Positions 1 to 11,085 of a stretch of DNA of 64,000 bases are shown here, piece by piece. Position 1 is the stretch's first letter. Every line of letters begins with the position of its first letter. Below the pieces are notes generated by a model. It was not told where the DNA came from. It saw only the letters and a list, made by a program, of their open reading frames with translations, and did not search any database. The position numbers and the translations under genes are program-made. The DNA comes from Octopus vulgaris (taxonomy: Eukaryota). The stretch lies in assembly GCA_951406725.2 (NCBI GenBank), contig OX597821.1, forward strand, positions 102,176,001-102,240,000, given 5' to 3'.

Positions 1-1094
1 CCTGAGCAAAGCTATCTTGAAAGTCATCTTTGAACTTTATCTGTGTAAAATCCAATCTGGTGTATATAATATTAAGATTGTGAGGAGGTTTTCATGTTTT
101 GAACGTCAAACATTTAGGACTGGGTAAATTTTTTTAACTTGTAAAAAAAGTGACGAGTTTTGCAAAATATTACTAAGATAAAATGAAAGACATAGAGAAA
201 GATTGGCAGTGGCCAATGCATGCATACTTCTCCCCTCCATGTCATTGATGTCCAAGGGAAAAACAAGGCAAATAGAGCTTGGTGCCAGTGTTGTCACAGG
301 CATTGTTGCAAGAAGGTAAACTAGAGAAATCAACTCTGGAGAGATGAAAGGCACCTGAAAGAAAGGTGAACCAAAAATGATAATATGATAATGAATAGGC
401 AGAGGTGTAGATGTATGGTTAGGATTTTGCATCCCAATCACATGGTTTTAGGTTCTGTCCCACTGTGTAGCACCTGGAGCATGTCATCTATTATAACCCT
501 AGGTCAACCTAAATCTTGTGAATGAATTTGGTACACAGAAAATGAAAGGTGTGTGTATGTGTGCTGGCTTTAATTTCATGTGATACACGTAAATGTGTGC
601 TACTACCATACAAATGGTGTTACTTTTTCTAATCTTCAGTAAAAGCTTGTCTTGTCATGGAATATTACTTTACTTGGAAATAGGTGAGGGTTGGTAAAAG
701 GAAGGGCATTTACAATTGAAAATCAATCTTGATAAATTTCATCTGAGCCATGCAAGCACAGGAAAGTGGACATTAAAGATGAAGTAGCCCTCTGCACTGC
801 AAAAAGTTTGCAAAATTTTTAAATCAAGAAGTATTAAGTTAAAAATACTTAGCATGCTTGCTCTCACAGGTGTTACTCAATTTGTTGGCTAGATGTATAT
901 GTGGCCATTTTATACAACTCTGAGATTTGTCAACTGAATTTATACACATCAATGATGATTAAAAAGGGATTAGAAAGGTATAAATAGATATTTCTTAATA
1001 AATAATTCTGTTTGGAAATTATCAGTTGTTTCAGGTATTGGTGTAATAGTATGAAAACACATGTAAAAGCAGTTATAAAGTTTCAGTTGAAATA

Positions 1095-1658
1095 TTGGGT
1101 TGTCCGGAAAGTTTGCTGATTTTTAAAGGAAAGAAAAAGGTCAATAAATACTTGCCATTACATTTTTAACCAACCAAATATGAACCATTTTGTTGCACAA
1201 TGCGTCTCCATCTTTCCTTTAACTTGAAAATACCCTCTTCCCAGAATTGAGGTGGTTTCACGGCAAAGAATTCCTTAAAGTATCTTTTTACGTCATCCAA
1301 GGAATTGAAATTTTTACTATTAAGACTATTCTGCAGAGACCTGAATAAGTGGAAATCCAAAGGAGCAGTATCTGGTGAATATGGAGGGTGGGGTAACACA
1401 TCCCAGCCAAGCTGCAGTAATTTTTGTCTGGTTTCCAAAGCATCAAGTGCCGAATATGAACTTTCTTATCTTCCATTTTAAAAGGTTACAGAATTGACAC
1501 AGGTTATAGGAACATAATCCTTCTTCCACGAAAAGATAGCTTAAACTATGCTCTAAATGGAGGTGTAGTCAAATCCTATTTCATGGATTCAACCATGTTC
1601 TAAAATAAGTCGAATGGTAAGCTACTATAAATCGGTACAAACTTTCCGGACAACCCAA
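1095..1658 (-). mobile_element. Internally deleted mariner (Tc1/mariner) DNA transposon
   Basis: TIRs ttgggttgtccggaaagtttg (from 1095) and caaactttccggacaacccaa (to 1658), TA on both sides (1093-1094, 1659-1660). Minus strand encodes transposase N-terminus MEDKKVHIRHLMLW joined out of frame to the C-terminus GWDVLPHPPYSPDTAPLDFHLF...GSYLVG. Confidence 0.95.
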
Positions 1659-3520
1659 TATTTTGACATAACACTATCTGCAAACCAATATTGATATGAT
1701 TTCATTTTGGAATTCTTAGCAGCAGCATTACCTCAGCCCTGGTAAAAGAATATTTGATAAAATAAAAACTAATACAGAGGAAAGAATTGAAATTATATAA
1801 ATAATAGTTTGGCAAATGTCTACATTTAATTTTCACCCCATGAAAAGACATCCCCAATCAATGCTTACTATTTGATTTCATATGAGGGAGAGTACTTGCG
1901 ATACTCCACATTTTTACCATTTCATATTGTCCAAAGGTTATAACTAGGTAGTTATTTAATTTCATTTATAAGCATATCTCCTGTATGTATGGTGTGGACA
2001 TGGCTATAGAGATACAGAGTTTACTTTGTCATTGTGTTCTTATTTGTGGTACTTCAGGCCAGCCATTCCTTGTAAGTGAAATTGGTATGTAGAAATTCTG
2101 TAGAGATCCATCGTATGTGAATGCTTGTTTGTGTTCTGTGCTTTGCATAAGAAGCATTCAGCTAAGAATGGTGACATTTGTTGAAATTCCTTGCCAATTC
2201 CTTCTTCTCTGCATGTTTGAAAGCAAGTAGAAATAAAGGTCCCTTAACCAGAAAAGCAAGTGAGAGTTAGTGACAGGAAGGACATCTGGTGGTAATAATG
2301 GCTCAGTAATATGTATTTGTCCAACCTACGATAGCTTGGAAAAATGAGTGTGGAATGAACTATAGCTATATATATATCTATATCAACACACACGAATTTT
2401 ACATGTCATATGACCAGTAACTTAGGAAGTATACTTTTATCATCATGAGAAATATTTGGAAGTATGGTACATGTACAATAATGTTTAACTTGCATCAATT
2501 GTTTTGGTGCTTATACAAAATAATAAAATAAATGCAAATTTTCAAAAGAAAAATATTAGTGTCATTTACTTTTCCTTCTTTATGATTTTTTTCTCCTTCA
2601 CTTTGGGTGTGTGTGGGCTTCCTTTATTCATTGCCTACCACCAAGCTTAGTATGGACACTCACTCTGGACTTCTTATGTTAATTCGCCTACTATTTCTTT
2701 TTTACTCTCTCTCCTGCCTCTTTCCTTACTATGTAAAGCATGACTGGAGAAACTAATCAACAAACATGTCAGCTCTTAGTAATCAAAAAGATATGGAATG
2801 AAAAGGTCAAATGTTTGTCAAAAAAAATTTGAAAATAAAATATTTATAAAAACTGATGGAATGATTAACTGCTGAGGTGTTTTAAAGTCATAACAGAAAT
2901 CTATTATATATTATTAGAGTATATCTACTCTACACAATTATTAGAATATATATATACTCTATGCAGTTTGTTATTGAGAAACAGTTTAAATCAATTTGTT
3001 TATAGGCCAATATACTTCCAATGAATGTATCTAATCCCTCTCTCACACACATACTTGTATGTATACCTGTGAGTAGGAGAGGGATATAAGTAGATAGGTC
3101 CAGCTGTCCAGAGTATAAATAATATTGTGGAAATTAATATTGATGATTTAAGAAACAATAACTTTAAAATCAAATTTGAAGAACGTATTTCTTTCAAGTT
3201 TTGGTACAAGGCCAGGAGTGGGTAAGTCAATTATATTGACTCCAGTACTACACTGGTATGTATTTTATTGACCCAGAAAGAGTGAAAGGTAAATTTGACC
3301 ACAGTAGAGTTTGAACTCGGAATGTAATGACAGACAAAATTTGAAGAACATATTGTAAAGTTTGGTACAAATGATGCTCTGGATATTGTGAATATTGTAT
3401 GAAGCACGTTATCAGTTTAGATAGTCTTTATTGTAAAAAAGTTCCTGAAAATAATGTGTTTTTTTTTGATAATATAACTGAAGCAGTGTTATTGATATGT
3501 ATTTTTCCAATTTTCTTCAG

Positions 3521-3698
3521 CAGTTTTATCTCCCAAAATAGTAATTCCTCATGCTGATACCTCACCTCAACAGTCTCTGAAATCACCAACACTGAGTACA
3601 GATAGCTCACATCTCCCTCCAGTGAATGTGAATCCACCACCACATGAAGAAGAATCGGGGAAGGAAAGTCCACATTCAGAAAGAAGTGAGAAAACTGA
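3521..3698 (+). CDS. WAC: WAC internal coding exon (Ser/Pro-rich region)
   Basis: Acceptor ttttcttcag at 3520. The only open frame reads VLSPKIVIPHADTSPQQSLKSP...SERSEKT. Donor GA|GTCAGT at 3698/3699 gives phase 2, matching the next exon. Confidence 0.75.
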
Positions 3699-3845
3699 GT
3701 CAGTATTCCACCACTTTTATCATCCAAGAATTTTGTAATTTTTTTAATACGTGTGCAATTTATAATGTGTAAATATAGTACTTTTAAGATTCTAATTGTG
3801 AACTATGCCTGGAAGTTCTTACTTTTATTGCATTTATTTTAACAG

Positions 3846-4023
3846 AAGTCCTACTCCAAGTACCAGCAGTTCAAAAGAGCTACCTGTAGGACCAAGTGCA
3901 CTCTCAGCTGTTTCTGAAAAGAAAGACTTGTCAGTAGAACTCCCACCTTCACTTAGCAATTACTGTAATGACAAATTAATTGGTCATGTACAAGGCTGGC
4001 AGACAGAACATGCAGAGAGACAG
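3846..4023 (+). CDS. WAC: WAC coding exon
   Basis: Acceptor tttaacag, donor CAG|GTATGT. Encodes SPTPSTSSSK...YCNDKLIGHVQGWQTEHAERQ, matching my recollection of the vertebrate WAC motif HVQGWPADHAEKQ. Confidence 0.92.
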
Positions 4024-4102
4024 GTATGTTATCTAGAGCAATTCTGCTTAATATTTTATGTAATTCAAATACTGATTGCTACTTAAATATGATGTTAGTT
4101 GA

Positions 4103-4276
4103 CCCTTTAGCATTCAAATTACCCTGTCAAACATAATGCTTATTTAATCATTGTTTTAAATTAATAATGCATTATTTCATAGCTTTGAGATTTTAATGAT
4201 AGGCTTGCTTACTTTTAGAACGGCATGGTAGGGTGGGTGCGAGAGGCCAGATATGGCTAGTTTAAATGCTAAGAGG
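4103..4276. mobile_element. piggyBac-type MITE (non-autonomous)
   Basis: Imperfect TIRs ccctttagcattcaaa / tttaaatgctaagagg flanked by ttga and ttaa (degenerate TTAA target). Related partial copies start near 39645 and 63930. Confidence 0.65.
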
Positions 4277-4571
4277 TTAAATCTGCATTGATTTTTTTTC
4301 TTCTTTTTTTGATACTTCAACTGTACATATCCTTTATCCATTGTTGTAGTAACTAGAATAAATGGAAATTGTGATAAAATGTCTTGTAATAATTGCAGTA
4401 AAATGTCTATCAATAATTTAGAGTAACAAAGTGGTCTAGTACTTGACTCATAACGAAAGACATGGCTTCAATTTAAGTAAAGTTGCTAATATATTGTATA
4501 GATAGTTTTACATTTGCTGTGTGTGTGCATGAACAAGTAGACCATTTAATAATTATCATATTTTGTTGCAG

Positions 4572-4699
4572 GCCAAACGCTATTGGGAAGAAGGTCTAAC
4601 GGTTGGCAGCCTGGAATGTAGCCAAGTGTCAGTTGAATTAAAACGAGCTAGATCATTAGTTAGGATAGCTGAAATACAGTCCACTCTACATGAACAAAG
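4572..4699 (+). CDS. WAC: WAC coding exon (coiled-coil region)
   Basis: Acceptor ttgttgcag, donor AG|GTAAAT. Encodes AKRYWEEGLTVGSLECSQVSVELKRARSLVRIAEIQSTLHEQR, matching WAC [22 protein letters not shown] as recalled. Confidence 0.95.
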
Positions 4700-5949
4700 G
4701 TAAATTGTTTATAATTTATCTAATATCTTTTGCTGCACAACTGATTCACTAACCTTGAAATATGGAAAATATTTAGAAATACTTCTCAGTGTTTCTAAAT
4801 TGTATCATTAAAAAAATTTTTTTTTCTTTAAATGCATTTTAAGAGCATGAATTGTTGGGTGATATATTTGGTTGTTGAAATGAACTCTTATATATCAATG
4901 ATTACCTGTCTTGGTATTTTATGGAAAGGAAGTTTGTGCTTGTACATTTAACACTTTACCTATTTACATCACTTGCAAGTTATATTCTTTGCAACGCTAA
5001 AATTTGCAAAATACCTTGAAATTTTAATGATTCGTAAGTTGGTTATCTACTTATGTATTAAATTCCTCGCTAAACTTGTCAGCTATTTCTTTGCTAAGAG
5101 CACCTCTGTATATGGGATGTACAGCTGTAACAATCTATTCATTTAGCTAAACCTAGTTTTCTTAGCAACCACAAGAAAATAAAAAGCATGAAAGCCTATC
5201 CAAGATATTCTTTATAGCTTGCCCTCTACTGAAAAGCTTTCCCATAGAGAGAGGGAGAGAGAGAGAATATCAGTTTTTGCATAAACCTAAACTTCTTTTC
5301 ATCTCACATTCTTTCTGGCAAGTGTCCTTGTAGTTGATAATCACATTGCTACAACAATCATTGGATCTGGTCACTTTCTGTACTATGTTTAACTCTGCGT
5401 GACTAGTGCATATCTTACTTCACTGGATATTTTTAGTGTCTTATTGACTATTATTGATGGTCATGCTGTAGAATTTTCTTGGTGTAATCTCTTTCACCCA
5501 AGCTTTTTGTCATTCAACAACCTCTCAAAGTAACATTTCCATGCTTCCTCCTTCTTAGCATTACTGAAGACAAGCACACTGTTATTATGTACACACTTTT
5601 CACCAATGACATTCTGGTTCCGTTGCAAACTTCAGACTCCTGGCCTTCATGCTGCACACAACATTAGAAAACCTCTTGATATTTATCTTATATTGTTCTT
5701 TGCTTTCTTTTTCTTCCATGAGTCGGGGAAAGAGAGAGGGAAGCAGGTGGGAGTTGGTAGGATAGTAATGATACAGTTGACAGGAGGGTGGCGAGAGATG
5801 ACAAGGTGATTTTGGCTGTAGGAGCATGGAACAAGATAGATCTAAGGCATAGTGAGAGGTTGTTTGGTTCATTGGTGGCAGGGTGAATCAATGTAACATG
5901 AGTGGAGAGCACAGTGCTTCCAGGACTCAGTTTTGCTGAGGTGGGTGGG

Positions 5950-6590
5950 TCTTCTGAAGAACTTCAAAATTTCAGACATCCAGGTCTTTTTTTCATCTTC
6001 TTGAGATCAGCTCTCAACACTTCATCCACATCTTCCTGGGTCACCCTCTTCCACAAGTTCTATCTACCTTAAGTAAATGGCATTTCTTTATACCTCATCC
6101 ATATCACATGACCAAACCATTGCAGTTACAGGAAGGTTAACAGAGAAAGTAGTCTTTGTATGGGGCTGATTTATAGGTACAATAATCACTAAGAACACAC
6201 AGGAATTATATGCTCAAATGTCCAGGAGATTCTCTGGGGGTTGTAGTTTCGGTTACTTAAGCGACCTAATTAGCAGTAGCGGAGGATGTTATAGAAGTTT
6301 AGTTGCTAAAATAAGAATAGGATAGAAAGTTTAGAGAGCTACTGCTACTGTCAGGAACAAATGGTCTGTGGCTCTCTCTTTCTCTGTCTCTTCGAAAGGC
6401 AGATTGTTTGATGCTATTGTACAAACAGCTTTGTTACATGAGCCTTGAATGCAGTGGGGTGGGTGGATGGGGGTGTCATATGAAGAAATGAAGCTCACAT
6501 GCACCAATGTACAACATCAGTGTGTTTGTGCAACAAAGTGCAAATGTGTTGAAGAAAAATTAGGTATAAGAGGAGGCAAATGTACTGTGC
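5950..6590. mobile_element. Degenerate RTE-clade LINE fragment with internal inversion
   Basis: About 5950-6125 encodes the LQWFGHV...RTCGRG-like C-terminus on -. 6126-6590 encodes the upstream FGYLSDLIS...KGRLFDA...EEKLGIRG segment on +. Both are homologous to the LINE at 42750-44490. Confidence 0.75.
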
Positions 6591-6747
6591 ATTTAATGTA
6601 CATAATTTGGTATACACCTTATTGGGAAATACATTTTAACTTCATAGTTTATATTTAGAAAGTAAAAAGAAATTGAAAACAAAATCATCCTGTGTTCATT
6701 TTAGATTGGAATTCTCTCTCTCTCTCCCCCCCTCTCTCTCTCCCCTT

Positions 6748-6778
<31 letters not shown>

Positions 6779-7163
6779 TGAGACATTGATGGTTGTTTTA
6801 GAAAATATACAGTGATGTTTTTTAGCTTTGAGAACATATAACTAAAGGATTGAAAAAGAAACAATGAAGACACAAATGTACAAAAATAGACCGTATTTCC
6901 TGAGTAAGTGAAATGACTCTGTAAATGCTTAAATGTTGGTTGTTAAACCTCATTATAGGTTTCTGTTTCCATGTCTCAACAGCATTGTGTAATGTAGCAT
7001 TGTAGAAAATAAGACATTTGTTATAAATAAGAAAGATACATGTAAAATTTGTTGCAAATTGGCAATTCGTTTCAAATTACCCTTTCCTAAACTTTCAAAT
7101 ATTTTTCTTTACATTTAGAAATGAGTTGTCAATTTGCAAAGTGTGTGTGTATGTATGTATGTA

Positions 7164-7382
7164 TAAGGGGGTGCTAAAGAATTCCTGGCTTTAAGGATAT
7201 TGTGAAAAACCTAATTGGAGGCCCAACCTTCCAAGCCCCTTTTACAAGGCTTAAAAAAACTGAAGGACAAATGCAATAAGTGTGTGAATCTGAGAAAGGT
7301 ACATGTTCAATAAAATCATAATTAAACAATCCTCCTGTATTTTCTTTTACCCAAAGTCAGGAACTTTTCAGCACCACATCAT
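7164..7382 (+). mobile_element. Mariner-derived MITE
   Basis: Imperfect TIRs ggtgctaaagaattcctggcttt / aaagtcaggaacttttcagcacc in TA context. The interior reads GLKKLKDKCNKCVNLRKVHVQ*, like a mariner transposase C-terminus. Confidence 0.75.
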
Positions 7383-7948
7383 ATGTATGAGTATATATAG
7401 GTGAGAGAGACTCATAACTTCAGTTGGGTACCTCCCCAACTATTTCAATTCTTAAAACTTTCTGAAATTTTTCAAAGATAGGTTTTCAATGGAGTAGAAT
7501 AGCAAATAATACAAATGAGAAGCTTGTTTTATTGAATTTTATTTTCAGGTAATATTTTTCTTTTGAGAATTAGTATACATTTCATCGTTTTCTATAAGCA
7601 CCAAGAAATGTTGTAAAAGTCCAATTATAATAAGTGCATGTTTTCCATCTTTCTTGATATTACACATGGTGGCAAAAATATACTTCCAAACTTACTGGTC
7701 ATATTATGTGTAAAACTCCAGAATAACCATTATGGTGTTGTCCAACATGTCCATTAAAACTAGTCTTGATAACAAGCAAGTTTGAATTGGTAAAACAGAA
7801 CATAATACTGGTAGTGAAATCTCTCTCGGATTCTAGGTCGATAGCATTGATGTCTTAATAGCTAAGTTTTTAAATTTCAATATAAGCTTTATATGTTCCT
7901 TGGAATTTGACATGTGTTATTTATCGTTTTTGTTTTCTTTCATTTCAG

Positions 7949-8027
7949 GATTTTGTTTTTAGCACAACAGATAAAAGAATTAGAGAACTTAAAAAGTCAG
8001 CCTCCCTCCTATTTGTCCTCAGATTAG
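7949..8027 (+). CDS. WAC: WAC terminal coding exon
   Basis: Acceptor catttcag at 7948, phase 2 matches the previous exon. Encodes (R)ILFLAQQIKELENLKSQPPSYLSSD*, matching WAC RILFLRQQIKELEKLK. Stop TAG at 8025-8027. Confidence 0.95.
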
Positions 8028-8569
8028 CCAAGTGGGAACAGGCTTTTGGTTGTACTTGTCTTTCATTGTGTGCCTGTATTTCATGAGCATTCAATTTCTC
8101 ATCAAATCAAAAACTACACGAGTTTGACTTTGTCTTCTGAAATCTGTCAGTTATTGGAAGTGAGACTCTTGCAAGATGCATTCTGGCTGTAAGCTTACTT
8201 TGTACACTTCATCATCATCATCACCATCATCATCGTCATCATCATCATTCTTATCAACATTGTAACCAGTGGCCCTTAGAAGCCACTGTTAGTGAAACTG
8301 GAATCATTTTCCTACCTTCCAAATGTCCATTTATCTTGAATAATTTCTATTTCTCAACCAACCTCCTCCCTAACACCACCACCTCCTATTTTTACCCAAA
8401 TATTCCTCCCATTCCCCTCTCAGTAGTAGCTAAATCTATCTCTCCCCCCAAACCATTTTACTTACTTTTAAAATATTTCTGTAACACTTCTTATAGAAGT
8501 GTTACAGTAGGGTAAATGTAAAGGAAAAAAAAAAAAACTAGCTTGTATGTTTCTTTGCATTTAAAACCA

Positions 8570-8669
8570 TATATACATACATGTATGTATCTATATAAAT
8601 GTGTGTGTATATATATATATGTTAATATGTATGTATGTATGTGTATATATATATACGCTTGTGTGTATG

Positions 8670-8728
<59 letters not shown>
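8570..8728. repeat. Compound (TA)n/(TG)n microsatellite
   Basis: Directly visible alternating TA and TG tracts. Confidence 0.9.
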
Positions 8729-8732
<4 letters not shown>

Positions 8733-9358
8733 AGCAATACCATTATTACAGTTTTATGTGCATGATGATAATGAGTGTATGTGCATGTATTACTATAGTG
8801 TGAAGGCCTAAAATGTCGGCTGGCAGGATAACAATGTAGTAAGTCAACTGTTGGGGAATAATAGAGAAGGTGAAAGAAGTTCTTGTCTGTGTTTATTTCT
8901 AATTGCCCTTCTTTTCCTTTAGGCTGACACCTATCTGCTATAAATTATTTTATAACATAATAATGAATGGAGACTGCACCACTGTCTTCGGTGGTCTCAA
9001 GTACAGGGCTCAGATAGACAGATGACAGAGACTGCTGTTAATGTGTTCTGTTAGGTTTCTGGAGGTTCTTGCTTACAACCGTAATGTTTTAATTTGGTAG
9101 ATGATCTTTATTTAAGTTCTTTATAGAAATTCATTTAAGAATTTTATTTATTTTAAAATTTTTTACTGTAGGATTATTTTTTTAGGTAAACTGTGTGTAA
9201 TTCCATATTCATTTCATATCTTCTATTGCTGAAGATTACTCAGAATATCTTTCATTGAAATCCTTGTTCTTGTAATTCTTGAGGTTTTCTTCTTTTGATC
9301 TGTTTTTGTTAAAGTTTGTCTTTTTTATGCTAGTATCACTTGTATATCATTAGAATTG

Positions 9359-9408
<50 letters not shown>

Positions 9409-9649
9409 CTAGTAATGTTTAGAGAGCTTTTGACTAAATAATTTAAGTTGTAGTTAATGGTAATGGCTCTTATTCTAGAATTAAAGGTTAAAGCTACTTC
9501 TGTTTGGCAAGATTGGTTCATTTGTAAATTTTGGTTTGATTAATTTACTAAGAAAGATACTTATGTTGCTCTTGTCCTTGAAAGATGTCAGATTGTGAGG
9601 CTTGAAAGACTTCTGTTCAGCTTTTACAATCTATTATTATTATCATCAA

Positions 9650-9850
9650 GGGCGGTGAGCTGGCTGAATCGTTAGCACACTGGGTGAAATGCTTCATGGT
9701 ATTTCGTCTGTCGCTACATTCTGAAATCAACTTTGCCTTTCATCCTTTCAGAGTTGATAAATTAAGTACCAGTGAAATACTGGGGGTTGACATATTCGAC
9801 TATTTCCCTCCTCCTAAATTTCAGGCCTTGTGCCAATAGTAGAAAGGATT
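9650..9850 (+). mobile_element. SINE family B copy (ggcggtgagctggc...ttgcctttcatcctt...aagtaccag)
   Basis: Homologous to the intact TSD-flanked copy at 59977-60201. Further copies near 3195, 15185, 20925, 27217, 27780, 46230 and 49935-50350. Confidence 0.8.
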
Positions 9851-10731
9851 ATTATCATTACCACCACCACCCTCTTCCATCACCATCTTCATCTAAGTAT
9901 TTCAAAGAATTTGGCATCAGATTTCTTTAAATTACATCAAAATGTTTTATTTTGTTGATGCAATACACAGTGAGTTAGAGTAATGGTTTCTTTTAACGCT
10001 ATAATTAAACTTGTTTTTCATGGTGTTGCTTGTGGCCAAATTCTCAGTTACGTATTTATATATTTCTTTAAAAAGTATTTGTTACATGAAACAAACACTA
10101 AATTATTAATGAGTAAAGCTTTGTGTTTTCTGTTATCAGTCAGTTAAGATTTGAGATATTTATGTTGACTCTTCACAAGTCTACATCAAAAGCTGCCATT
10201 TCAGTAAAACTATATTGTTGACATTCTTTTATGTTTAGTTGATAATGCATGGCAAAAGTGGCCTTCTTACCAAATCTCCAAAAATGAATAAAAAAAAAAT
10301 AAATGGCCAGGAAAATTCCAGTTGCTAATTAATATACAGGTTGTGGTCAACAAATTAGTTATTTTATGAATGGATTTTAATAAAGAACATATATATACTT
10401 AAAATGCTGAAATCTTTCAAAATTTTTTTTTTTCAGTTTACAACTATTTAAAAAATTTAGTAGGTATCCTTTGTAACTTTTCTTATCAAATTTGTTTGAG
10501 GTTGTAAGATGTGGTGATCTATTTCAAGTATCTTAAAGAGAAACTGATTTATTTTGTGTATGGTTTTTCTCTTGATTACCTTAAACCTCTTTGAAACTAA
10601 AGCCTAAATTTAGCAGATTTAATCAAAGCTAAATAAGGCTTTATTGATTACATTTACAAAATTAAAAATAATTAGGGAAGAGTATGCAACAGTGTAGGTT
10701 AATATTTTGTTTAAATTACTAAAGATGTTCC

Positions 10732-11085
10732 TCTGTTCATGGTTATTTGGTCCTGTTCAGGGTTAGTTTCAGTTTTCTAATACAGTTCTGCCATCCTCTT
10801 CCATTTTCCATTGCAAACTATTGTATGCTCAAACCCCTCTAGACTATCTTCTCCTCTCTATGACCGCTATAAAACTTCGAGAAATGAAGTACAGGAATTG
10901 TGTTATTCTGTTCATGGTTATTTGGTCCTGTTCAGAGATAGTTTCAGTTTTCTAATGCAATTCTGCCTTTCTCTTTCATTTTCTATTGAAAAACTATTGT
11001 ATGCTCAAATCTCTCTTAACTCTCTTCTCGTTTCTTTCTATGACATCAATAAAATTTTAAAATGAAGCACAAGAATTGTGTTGTT
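10732..11085. repeat. Diverged tandem duplication, unit about 175 bp
   Basis: tctgttcatggttatttggtcctgttcag starts at both 10732 and 10907, and the two units stay colinear to gaattgtgtt. Confidence 0.9.

Noticed and set aside
2690-2810. Polypyrimidine tract plus AAG as a possible WAC cassette exon
   Set aside because: Immediate stop in the phase 1 frame and only weak donors.
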